A stretch of 32,000 bases of DNA from Tannockella kyphosi (GTDB taxonomy: Bacteria > Bacillota_I > Bacilli_A > Erysipelotrichales > Coprobacillaceae). The stretch spans positions 1,260,001 to 1,292,000 of the forward strand of contig NZ_CP088239.1 in NCBI RefSeq assembly GCF_021054785.1, given 5' to 3'. Positions 8,579-16,953 of the stretch are shown piece after piece (the stretch's first letter is position 1; each line of letters opens with the position of its first letter). The notes beneath the pieces are model-generated. The model had not been told where the DNA came from. It was given only the letters and a program-made list of their open reading frames with translations, and ran no database searches. The position numbers were made by a program, and so were the translations under genes.

Positions 8579-9631
8579 TTTTAAAAAAGTATAGATTTTT
8601 TCAGTCATTTTAGCTTCTATTTTAGCAATAGATAAGATTGCATCCTTTAATAAACATAGTTCAAATTGAATAGTTTCTATGCCATCATTTAGTGTAATAG
8701 TTAATATATCCCCTAATTTATGTTTTTTAGAATCTACTGTAATTACAAATTCACTAGATTTATCATAAGTTGGTCCAAATATTATACTCTCTGGTAATTG
8801 AAAATAACTAATATGATCAATATGATAACAAGGCATTATTTGATAAAGAGCTTCTTTTAAATTCTTTTGACGAATAATATATTTTCCTAAACGTTCTTCA
8901 ATCACTGTTTTTGTAGCTTCCATTTCTTGATTAGCTTGTTGACTAGATAGTGCTTTACACCCTAAACGAATACGTACAGATTGTTCTCCTGCATATAAAG
9001 CAATACTTACTTTATCTTGTTGATCAATAATATCTGCTAATACTTCATCTATTTTACTTTCTCCAATATTCATTGTAATAAAATCATATGTATAAATAAT
9101 AGCTTCACGATATTGTTCTAAATATGGTTTTAGTGTATCTTCGATTACAAACTGTAATTCTTTTGGTGGTCCTGGTAAGTTAATAATCATTTTTTGATCT
9201 TTTTTCATGACACAACCATTAGCTGTACCAATATGATTTTCTAAAATATAAGCATTTTTCGGGAAGTTTGCTTGTTTTAAATTGTTTTCAGGTATCTTAT
9301 CCCAACCTGTTACAAATAAACATTTGTCTTCTACTTTTTTAGCTTCTTCTTTGATACAAACCATTTCTAAACCTAAATACTGGGCAGATAGTTCTTTTGT
9401 TAGATCATCTGTTGTTGGTCCTAGTCCACCAGTAGTAATAATACAGTTTGCTCCTCTTTGAAAAGCAATATCAAAGCATTCCAATATTCTTTGTGGATTA
9501 TCTCCTACAACACTTTGATGATAGATATCAAACCCTAATTCTTTACACATCTTTTGTATCATTGTAGCATTCGTATTTACTATTTCTCCTAGTAATAATT
9601 CTGTCCCTACATTAATAATTTCTACAATCAT
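8567..9631 (-). CDS. cinA: CinA-like protein (MoCF-type N-terminal domain) lacking a recognisable PncC deamidase domain
   Basis: The N-terminus MIVEIINVGTELLLGEIVNTNA...TTGGLGPTTDDLT is the CinA/MoCF biosynthesis domain. No ESCTGG-type motif is visible in the C-terminal ~110 aa. Confidence 0.75.
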   Translation of the reverse strand: MIVEIINVGTELLLGEIVNTNATMIQKMCKELGFDIYHQSVVGDNPQRILECFDIAFQRGANCIITTGGLGPTTDDLTKELSAQYLGLEMVCIKEEAKKVEDKCLFVTGWDKIPENNLKQANFPKNAYILENHIGTANGCVMKKDQKMIINLPGPPKELQFVIEDTLKPYLEQYREAIIYTYDFITMNIGESKIDEVLADIIDQQDKVSIALYAGEQSVRIRLGCKALSSQQANQEMEATKTVIEERLGKYIIRQKNLKEALYQIMPCYHIDHISYFQLPESIIFGPTYDKSSEFVITVDSKKHKLGDILTITLNDGIETIQFELCLLKDAILSIAKIEAKMTEKIYTFLKNKR

Positions 9632-9648
9632 TTCTATTTCCCCCTAAA

Positions 9649-10179
9649 CTATGCATTCATTGCATTATCATATATTGCATCCTTTTCTTGTTTTGTTAGT
9701 GCTTTCGTACAAATAATAGCAATAAGTGGCAATCCAATTAAATTCAACAACAAACGAGTAGACATAAAACGAATACCCAAACTAGTTGCTTCAAAAGTGA
9801 GTAATGGTATTTTTGCAGTAGACCAAGCTCCTATAAAAAGAAAAGTATTAAATAATCCTGATCCTTTTTTTAACATCACACTAGCAACTGGAAAAGCAGC
9901 ATATAATGGACCAGCAGCACAAGCACCTAATGCAAAAGAAATAATTGCTCCTTTGATCCCACTCCCTTTTCCTACATAACGCATCATTACTTCTTTATCT
10001 ACCCAAACATCTAATAGCCCTAATAAAACAAAGATCGGTGGTAATACACCAAGCATTTCATATATATTAGATTTCGTTATTTCAAAAGAAGCTATACCAA
10101 TATCGGGTAAAGACAATCCCAATAGGATATTAAAGATAAAGATAAGAATTGCTACTTTATATCGTTTCATTATCTTCAT
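9649..10179 (-). CDS. membrane permease subunit (split COG0701/ArsP_1-like permease, second half)
   Basis: A polytopic hydrophobic protein. The start is moved to MKIMKRYK (10179), directly after the upstream stop codon. The family assignment rests on resemblance to two-subunit permeases such as the S. mutans SMU_746c/747c type and is tentative. Confidence 0.5.
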   Translation of the reverse strand: MKIMKRYKVAILIFIFNILLGLSLPDIGIASFEITKSNIYEMLGVLPPIFVLLGLLDVWVDKEVMMRYVGKGSGIKGAIISFALGACAAGPLYAAFPVASVMLKKGSGLFNTFLFIGAWSTAKIPLLTFEATSLGIRFMSTRLLLNLIGLPLIAIICTKALTKQEKDAIYDNAMNA

Positions 10180-10652
10180 AACAACACCCCCATCATAACT
10201 GCAACAAACAGCGAAAACAAACAAGCACTAACATTACGAACAATTGTAACCTTTTTACCAAATGTTTTGATTTCTAAAGGAATCGTGATGACTCCAACCA
10301 TCATTAAACTAGATACAAAAGCAGCTATTTGACTAACTCCTGCTCCTCCACTTAATAAAGCAGCTGCTAAAGGAAAAGCAACAAACCCTGGTATTAAAGT
10401 AATAGAACCAACAACTAACGCTATTAAAATACCAATCATCCCTGATTCACTACCTAATAACTTTGTGATTGTCTCTGTATCAATTACTGCTAACATCATT
10501 CCTATAACAAGAATAATAGCTAAAAACTGTGGTAAAATATTTTCAAAAGACTTCCATGCTTTTATTAATGCTAGTTTTGTTTTTTGCTTACTTTTACAAA
10601 AAGATAGCACTAATGCAACACTTGCAAAAACATATAAAATATATGTAAACAT
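10176..10652 (-). CDS. membrane permease subunit (split COG0701/ArsP_1-like permease, first half)
   Basis: 158 aa with 4-5 TM segments and a Gly-rich ...GSITLIPGFVAFPLAAALLSGGAG... region similar to the central part of the 350-aa permease at 11984..13036. Confidence 0.5.
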   Translation of the reverse strand: MFTYILYVFASVALVLSFCKSKQKTKLALIKAWKSFENILPQFLAIILVIGMMLAVIDTETITKLLGSESGMIGILIALVVGSITLIPGFVAFPLAAALLSGGAGVSQIAAFVSSLMMVGVITIPLEIKTFGKKVTIVRNVSACLFSLFVAVMMGVLL

Positions 10653-10700
10653 TCACATCCCCCCATTTATCTAAGAGAATACCACAATACTATCTAAACC

Positions 10701-10726
10701 ACAATAAAAGCACATCAATGATGTGC
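10701..10726 (-). terminator. intrinsic terminator after acr3
   Basis: The minus strand reads GCACATC ATT GATGTGC followed by TTTTATT, immediately after the acr3 stop codon. Confidence 0.7.
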
Positions 10727-11758
10727 CTAAAACCAATGTTTTGTTTTATTCGTCATTCTCACTAAAAATAACATAACTGGTACTTCAACTAATACTCCTA
10801 CTATTGTAGCTAAAGCTACTGGACTACTTGCTCCAAACAAACTAATAGCAACTGCTACTGCTAATTCAAAGAAATTAGAGGCTCCAATCATTGCTGCAGG
10901 GGCACTAATGTTGTGAGGTAATCCTAATAGTTTACTTCCCATATAAGCAACAATAAAAATAAAACATGTTTGTATAATTAAGGGTATAGCAATTAATAGT
11001 ATATGAATAGGATTTTCTAAAATAACATCTGCTTGAAAAGCAAATAAACATACTAATGTAATTAACAAACCAATAATAGTAACATGATCAAACTTAGATA
11101 AAAAAGTTTGTTCAAAATAAACAGTTCCTTTTTTCTTAACCACAAATATTCTAGTAAGAACACCTCCTATTAGTGGTACAACCACAAATAAAACAACAGA
11201 TAATAATAATGTATCAAAAGGTATTACAATACCACTCATCCCAAGTAAAAAAGCTACTATTGGTGTAAAAGCTACTAAAATAATCAAGTCATTGCTAGCT
11301 ACTTGAACTACTGTATAAGCAGGATCTCCATTTGTTAAATGAGACCAAACAAATACCATTGCAGTACAAGGTGCAGCCCCTAATAATACAGCTCCAGCTA
11401 AATAATTTACTGCTAATTCATTAGAAATAACTCCTTGAAATACAACAAAGAAGAAAAAGCTTGCAACTATATACATACTAAATGGTTTAATCAACCAATT
11501 AACAACCCATGTAACAAATAATCCCTTTGGATTTTTTGTTACATTACGAATACTTTGAAAGTCTACTTTCATCATCATTGGATAAATCATAAGCCATATT
11601 AATATAGCAATCGGAATAGAAACATTCGCATACTCAAATCTTCCTAAAAACAAAGGAATCTCTGGAATATACTTCCCAATAAAAATACCAATCACCATAC
11701 ACAATAAAACCCAAACACTTAAATACTTCTCAAAAAAACCAATACCTTTGTTTTCCAC
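10727..11758 (-). CDS. acr3: ACR3-family arsenite efflux transporter
   Basis: 343 aa. The N-terminus GIGFFEKYLSVWVLLCMVIGIFIG and the overall 10-TM pattern are typical of ACR3/ArsB(ACR3) proteins. It sits in a locus with an ArsR regulator. Confidence 0.85.
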   Translation of the reverse strand: MENKGIGFFEKYLSVWVLLCMVIGIFIGKYIPEIPLFLGRFEYANVSIPIAILIWLMIYPMMMKVDFQSIRNVTKNPKGLFVTWVVNWLIKPFSMYIVASFFFFVVFQGVISNELAVNYLAGAVLLGAAPCTAMVFVWSHLTNGDPAYTVVQVASNDLIILVAFTPIVAFLLGMSGIVIPFDTLLLSVVLFVVVPLIGGVLTRIFVVKKKGTVYFEQTFLSKFDHVTIIGLLITLVCLFAFQADVILENPIHILLIAIPLIIQTCFIFIVAYMGSKLLGLPHNISAPAAMIGASNFFELAVAVAISLFGASSPVALATIVGVLVEVPVMLFLVRMTNKTKHWF

Positions 11759-11865
11759 TAAAAAACTCCTTTATCTAATTTATTTAGGACTCACTAATAA
11801 ACTGCGTCATATATATTGGATAACAAAATATATTTTTATCCTTAGACACATCTTTTGTATGAATG

Positions 11866-11950
11866 CTATATCCAAAAATCGCAACCACTTTACCCTACAA
11901 ATGTCCAAAAATCGCAACCACTTTATACTATAAATGTCCAAAAATCGCAA
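11866..11950. repeat. 33-bp tandem direct repeat, about 2.5 copies, intergenic between the permease gene and acr3
   Basis: tccaaaaatcgcaaccactt occurs at 11871 and 11904, with a partial copy tccaaaaatcgcaa at 11937, giving a period of 33. Read on the minus strand, each unit contains TTGCGA-17 nt-TATAAA (or GGTAAA). Confidence 0.9.
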
Positions 11951-11983
11951 TAGAATAGCATATCCTCTATCCTGAAATCAAAT

Positions 11984-13036
11984 TTAAATAAATAAATATT
12001 GAAATACATTAAATAAATAACCAACTAAAATAATACCTGTTGTACAAATAACAACAAATAAAGCTAATAGCTTAGGCTTAATTGCTTGTTTTAACATAAT
12101 CATAGATGGTAAGCTAAGTGCTGTTACAGCCATCATAAATGATAAAATAGTACCTAATTGAGCTCCTTTAGCCAGTAATGCTTCTGCTACTGGTATAGTA
12201 CCAAATATATCAGCATACATAGGTATCCCTAATAATGTTGCTAAAACAACACCAAAAGGATTATCACTACCTAACACTGATTGAATCCAACTTTCAGGAA
12301 TCCAATTATGAATAATAGCTCCAATACCTACTCCTATTAAAATATAAGGAAATACTTTCTTAAAAGTAGTAACTACTTGTTCTATAGCATATTCCATACG
12401 ATCTCTTCTCGTTAAATCAGGAGCATCCATATCCATATTACTAGCTTGTAAAATAAAGCTTTCTACATACTTTTCCATTCCTAACTTTTCAATCAACGTA
12501 CCACCTACTACTGCTACAATTAATCCTACTATTACATAAGCTATTGCCACTTTTGCACCAAAAATACTCATCAATAACACTAAACTTCCTAAATCAACCA
12601 TAGGAGATGAAATTAAAAAAGAAAAAGTAACTCCTATTGGTAATCCTGCACTAGTAAATCCCATAAACAAAGGAATAGAAGAACAAGAACAAAATGGTGT
12701 AACCGTACCTAATAATGCTGACATAATATTTGCAGTTATTCCTTTAAATCTACCTAATATCTTTTTACTTCTTTCAGGTGGAAAATAACTTTGTATATAA
12801 GAAATAATAAAAATTAAAAAACATAATAAGAAAGTAATCTTAATCACATCATAGAAAAAGAAATGAATACTTCCTCCTAAATTACTACTAACATCAATAC
12901 CTACACTAGTTACTATCCACTCTACTAAATCAGATAACCATTGCATTCCTAATACTTGATTTTGAATAATATTCCAAATATCTACTAACATCTTACTCTT
13001 GTATGATATTAATGATCCTTGTTTCACTAATTTCAT
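11984..13036 (-). CDS. COG0701/ArsP_1-family permease with a vicinal-Cys motif
   Basis: A polytopic membrane protein with TPFCSCSSIPLF, typical of this permease family found in ars-type operons. The start is moved to MKLVKQG (13036), which has the RBS AAGGAG 4 nt upstream; the longest ORF extends to 13108. Confidence 0.75.
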   Translation of the reverse strand: MKLVKQGSLISYKSKMLVDIWNIIQNQVLGMQWLSDLVEWIVTSVGIDVSSNLGGSIHFFFYDVIKITFLLCFLIFIISYIQSYFPPERSKKILGRFKGITANIMSALLGTVTPFCSCSSIPLFMGFTSAGLPIGVTFSFLISSPMVDLGSLVLLMSIFGAKVAIAYVIVGLIVAVVGGTLIEKLGMEKYVESFILQASNMDMDAPDLTRRDRMEYAIEQVVTTFKKVFPYILIGVGIGAIIHNWIPESWIQSVLGSDNPFGVVLATLLGIPMYADIFGTIPVAEALLAKGAQLGTILSFMMAVTALSLPSMIMLKQAIKPKLLALFVVICTTGIILVGYLFNVFQYLFI

Positions 13037-13110
13037 ACGCTCCTTTCTTATATTTGTTATAATGGATATAGAACCTATGTTTTGATTTTTACTATGGCTT
13101 TCGTCCATTT

Positions 13111-14515
13111 AAAGGAGACTAATACCATGGCTCTATATTTTTAATTTATAGTTGGATAAGCGTTAATGCTTTTATGTCACGCAAGGATATAGATATAGAC
13201 TGCCATGGATAGACAAGGTTCTAGAAAGGTGGTCTATTTTTATGACTTATTACGTAGGCATTGATATTGCCAAAACAACGCATTATGCTTGTGTTATCAC
13301 AACTCATGGTGAGGTGATTCACCAACCTTTTCCTTTTGATAATTCAAAAGAAGGGTTTCATTTATTACTTTCCAAAATATCTTCTATTGATAAAGAAGAT
13401 ATTCTAATTGGTTTTGAATCTACTGCTCATTACCATCAAAACTTACATTCTTATCTTTCTACTCTTGGATACCACTGTGAGCTTATTAATCCCATCATTT
13501 CAAAACAGTTTCGTGGTTTATCAGTTCGTAATGCTAAGACGGATAAAATTGATGCTATGTCCATTGCTCAACTTCTTTCTTATCAGTACAACAATTCACA
13601 AGGTCAAGACTTTCTTGTTTCTGACTTACGTGTATATTGTGATGAAAGAGTTCGTCTTACTAAACAAAAGACAAAACTATACATACAACTAACTGCAGAG
13701 CTAGATCGTGTGTTCCCAGAGCTTAAATCCTTCTTTAAAGGCAATTTAAAGACGAATGCAGCCCATAATTTACTAAAACGATACGCTACAGCTAAGGAAA
13801 TAAAAGAAGTTCGAAATGAGGCTTTGACAAAGTTAATTTCTAAAAACAGTAAAGGCTTCAACCTCGAACGTATCAAAGACCTTAAATCGTTAAGTAAAAA
13901 TAGCGTTGGCTTTCATTCAAACGCAATCTCTTTTAGAATTAAAAATATCATACTCCAAATCGAACTTCTAGAATCGCAGATAGAAGATGTAGAAGCAAAC
14001 ATCATTGAAATGATGAAAGAAATAGACAGTGCTATATTGAATATCCCTGGTATGGGCTATATTCAAGGTGCTTACATCTTATCTGCTATCATTAGTATAG
14101 ACCGATTTGATAGTCCTTGTAAAGTACTAGCTTATGCAGGATTAGATCCAATCATAAGACAGTCTGGTAATTTTAATGCAAAGAGAACACGTATGTCTAA
14201 AAGAGGAAATGCTACACTACGTTATGCACTGATATGGGCAGCTCATAATGTGGCAAAAAATTCAACAACTATGAACACTTACTATTTAAAGAAACGCAGT
14301 GAAGGAAAATCTCATTACAATGCCTTAGGGCATTGTTCAAAGAAACTAGTAAACTATATTTACTTTGTCTTAAATAATCCTGATGAAAAATTCATCTTAG
14401 AATAATTTTTTAAAAATAGCTTATTCCACCTTTTTTAGTGCGCTCTTTTTTATGATTCAAAAGAAATTTAATTTTTTATCATTTTTCTCTTGAAAAATCA
14501 TAGTTGGTCTCCTTT
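13111..14515 (+). mobile_element. IS110-family insertion sequence (about 1.4 kb)
   Basis: A single DEDD-type transposase gene is flanked by imperfect inverted termini: AAAGGAGACTAATACCATGG on the left and CATAGTTGGTCTCCTTT on the right. The boundaries are approximate. The element interrupts the arsR-permease intergenic region. Confidence 0.8.
13242..14405 (+). CDS. IS110-family transposase (DEDD recombinase)
   Basis: 387 aa. The N-terminus YVGIDIAKTTHYACV is the RuvC-like DEDD domain. The C-terminus IPGMGYIQGAYILSAI...LAYAGLDPIIRQSGNFNAKRTRMSKRGNATLRYAL is the Transposase_20-type domain. Confidence 0.95.
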   Translation: MTYYVGIDIAKTTHYACVITTHGEVIHQPFPFDNSKEGFHLLLSKISSIDKEDILIGFESTAHYHQNLHSYLSTLGYHCELINPIISKQFRGLSVRNAKTDKIDAMSIAQLLSYQYNNSQGQDFLVSDLRVYCDERVRLTKQKTKLYIQLTAELDRVFPELKSFFKGNLKTNAAHNLLKRYATAKEIKEVRNEALTKLISKNSKGFNLERIKDLKSLSKNSVGFHSNAISFRIKNIILQIELLESQIEDVEANIIEMMKEIDSAILNIPGMGYIQGAYILSAIISIDRFDSPCKVLAYAGLDPIIRQSGNFNAKRTRMSKRGNATLRYALIWAAHNVAKNSTTMNTYYLKKRSEGKSHYNALGHCSKKLVNYIYFVLNNPDEKFILE

Positions 14516-14520
14516 CCCAT

Positions 14521-14540
14521 ACATCAAATAATTTTGATGT
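14521..14540. promoter_or_regulatory. palindrome ACATCAAA-TAAT-TTTGATGT, a candidate second ArsR-type operator
   Basis: A perfect 8-4-8 inverted repeat that shares the core ATCAAA-N4-TTTGAT with the palindrome in front of arsR. It lies between the arsR terminator hairpin and the right end of the IS. Confidence 0.5.
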
Positions 14541-14571
14541 ATTACTTGAATAAAAAGTCATCTTTGATGAC

Positions 14572-14874
14572 TTATTGACAACTACAATGTTTTGTAGTTT
14601 CTTCTTTATCTAATAATTGAGATAAAATAGCACTAGCATATTGAACTCCATCTTCACTAATACGATAATGAGTCCATTTTCCTATATACCAACTCTCTAC
14701 TATTCCAGATTCACATAATATTTTCATATGATAAGAAAGAGCAGATTGTGCAATATTTAATTCTTCTGTTATTTCACAAGCACATTTTTCTCCACTTTTT
14801 AATAACTCTAAAATAGCAATTCTTTTTACATCACATAACGCTTTAAAGGTTTTTGCAATCTTTTCTTGATCCAT
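14572..14874 (-). CDS. arsR: ArsR/SmtB-family metalloregulator
   Basis: FKALCDVKRIAILELLKSGEKCACEITEELNIAQSALSYHMKILCESGIV is an HTH with a CxC metal site, and the C-terminus carries HCSCQ. The start is moved to MDQEK (14874), which follows the RBS GGGAGAAGAC; the longest ORF extends to 14916. Confidence 0.9.
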   Translation of the reverse strand: MDQEKIAKTFKALCDVKRIAILELLKSGEKCACEITEELNIAQSALSYHMKILCESGIVESWYIGKWTHYRISEDGVQYASAILSQLLDKEETTKHCSCQ

Positions 14875-14889
14875 GTCTTCTCCCTTCAA

Positions 14890-14939
14890 ATCAAATATTT
14901 TTGATATATACATCATATCATTTATAAATATATTGTCAA
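14890..14939 (-). promoter_or_regulatory. arsR promoter (TTGACA-16-TATGAT) with the operator palindrome ATCAAA-TATT-TTTGAT just downstream of the -10
   Basis: The hexamers lie at 14934..14939 and 14912..14917 (minus strand). The palindrome lies at 14890..14905. Confidence 0.55.
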
Positions 14940-15202
14940 CAAGAAAGCAAACATTAATTGTAAACTTAAGTTAGAATTATAAAAGTTCATAGATTCCTTA
15001 TACTGTAGTCGCTAAACAACAAATAAAGGAACTCTCTATGAACATGACTAATTATACACAAATCAAATTAAAACAACACTTATCCAAGAATTAAATCGAA
15101 CAAACTGAATAACTTATGATATTATTTCTTGCTTCATATTGAGAATATTTCTCATTTATAGTTTGTTTTATTAATTATTTTTATAAATATCACTCCTATG
15201 AG

Positions 15203-15347
15203 AAAGATACATATAGCCTTTTCCTACTTCCACAAGGACAAATTCTAACAAACGTATTAGTACTTTTCATAAATCATCATGATGAAAGAATATTTACAAG
15301 TAAAAAAGATAGAAGAAAATCTTCTATCTTTCCATAAATCTTGCTAA
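15203..15347. repeat. 145-bp direct repeat, copy A (duplicate of the ABC ATPase gene 3' end plus its terminator region)
   Basis: Identical to 16809..16953 except for one mismatch (15211 a versus 16817 t); the offset is 1606 bp. It contains the hairpin AAAGATAGAAG-AAAAT-CTTCTATCTTT. Confidence 0.95.
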
Positions 15348-15446
15348 AATTATTATCCTTTCATTGAACCGTACGTACGAGTCTACCATTTATATTCCAA
15401 CTATCTTAGATAGTAATTTAAGGAATTGTATCAGTTGCAGGAGAGT

Positions 15447-16649
15447 TTATCTTTTTAATATAGTTTCTTTAGACTGAAATAATTCTTGTTGTTTTTCTCT
15501 AATAACTTCTATTCTATTACTTACACTTTTTTTAATCTTATCAATCACTACTGAATCCAAATTTTTATTTTGTGACAAGACGTTATCAACTATATCAGGG
15601 AACGATTGTAATGCATCCATATTTAACCAGTCAAGATTATTAATATAATCTAATTGTTTTGTGTTGGTAGCAGAAAAACATTTACTATTATCACTTATTC
15701 CTACATCTTCCTTAAATCCAACCGCCCATAAGGAACTACCTGTATCAAAAAGGGGAGCAACCTTTATCCACTCTAAAGTATTTACATCACGAATCAAACC
15801 AAAATTCCTCCAGTGGCGATCATAGTTTGCTAAAAGATAATCAAAAACAATCATTTTGTCTATCTGTAAAACAGGATTAGGTACATTAAGCAAATCACAA
15901 ATATACAAATAACGGTCATAATTGTTTTCTTTCCTATTTGTTTTTATCATTTTATCAATATAATGAGCAGCTACAAATTCAGTATCAGTACTAATCATAG
16001 TTTCACAACAAGAAAATGTCTTGTTATCTTCTTCTATTAAATAATAGGTAACATAATCATCATGATCTAAAATCAACCCCCCTAATTTAGAAGCTATCAC
16101 CTCGTTATAAGGCTCTTGATTATTATGCAAATTTCCAGCTTTTACTAAACAACGTTTTTTATTTAAAATTTTCCACTTTTTTTGCAAATTACCATCACTA
16201 GAATTATCAGGGCTTTTTAAATCAATATTTTTAGAGTCCTTACTACCAAATAGCACATTTCCTACATCCGCACTAAATTCATTATCAAAAAAGTTAATAT
16301 CCTTCCATTCCAAAGAAGAACCTTCCTCTTTTAGCCAGTATTGATCAGTTAAACTAAGTCCATATCCTTTTTCTAACAACTCTACTGAGTTGTTCATACT
16401 TAACGTGTCTAAAAATGGTTGAATGTGATTTCTAGAGCTAGGGATTGCACGATTTTTCCACCAATCGTTAAATAACGATTTTGAAACACCGAATTTATAA
16501 TCAATAATACCTGCAGGTGCAAACTTTGTATTTATTTTTTCTACAAAATCAGTAGCTATATGTAACTCAGTATCATAAATTAATCTAAGAACTTCAACAT
16601 CTTTATTCATTAAAATATAAGATACCTTTGTATTATCAAAATTATTCAT
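15447..16649 (-). CDS. HipA-like serine/threonine kinase (type II toxin family), no adjacent HipB-like gene
   Basis: 400 aa. The C-terminal half carries FDYLLANYDRHWRNFGLI (HipA catalytic-loop type D-x-H-x-x-N) and APLFDTGSSL. It has its own extended -10 (TGGTATAAT) and the RBS AGGAAAGGAG. Confidence 0.7.
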   Translation of the reverse strand: MNNFDNTKVSYILMNKDVEVLRLIYDTELHIATDFVEKINTKFAPAGIIDYKFGVSKSLFNDWWKNRAIPSSRNHIQPFLDTLSMNNSVELLEKGYGLSLTDQYWLKEEGSSLEWKDINFFDNEFSADVGNVLFGSKDSKNIDLKSPDNSSDGNLQKKWKILNKKRCLVKAGNLHNNQEPYNEVIASKLGGLILDHDDYVTYYLIEEDNKTFSCCETMISTDTEFVAAHYIDKMIKTNRKENNYDRYLYICDLLNVPNPVLQIDKMIVFDYLLANYDRHWRNFGLIRDVNTLEWIKVAPLFDTGSSLWAVGFKEDVGISDNSKCFSATNTKQLDYINNLDWLNMDALQSFPDIVDNVLSQNKNLDSVVIDKIKKSVSNRIEVIREKQQELFQSKETILKR

Positions 16650-16808
16650 AGCTAACTCCTTTCCTATCTATTGAAATTATTATACCAAAAAACAGCATTA
16701 AAAACTTAAAAATAAAATAAAAAAAACAATAAGCAGTAAAGCTAGAATAGGAGTGCTATACAAATATGATACAATTCATCACCTTGTTAAGAAACAATTA
16801 AATACAAC

Positions 16809-16953
16809 AAAGATACTTATAGCCTTTTCCTACTTCCACAAGGACAAATTCTAACAAACGTATTAGTACTTTTCATAAATCATCATGATGAAAGAATATT
16901 TACAAGTAAAAAAGATAGAAGAAAATCTTCTATCTTTCCATAAATCTTGCTAA
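16809..16953. repeat. 145-bp direct repeat, copy B (the authentic 3' end and terminator of the ABC ATPase gene)
   Basis: See copy A. It overlaps the last 24 nt of the CDS at 16930..17667. Confidence 0.95.

Noticed and set aside
11866-11950. Possible CRISPR array or type III antitoxin repeats.
   Set aside because: The units are contiguous with no spacers, and there are only about 2.5 copies. No cas gene or ToxN-like gene is adjacent. It is kept only as an unexplained intergenic tandem repeat.
13408-13876. Two ORFs (94 aa on the plus strand in an alternative frame, 90 aa on the minus strand) overlapping the IS110 transposase gene.
   Set aside because: They are embedded in the clearly homologous transposase frame, with no independent support.
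16650-16808. Searched for a small HipB/XRE-type antitoxin ORF upstream of the HipA-like gene.
   Set aside because: Only very short ORFs (about 10 codons) without RBS are present. The region reads as a promoter (TGGTATAAT) plus an AT-rich spacer.
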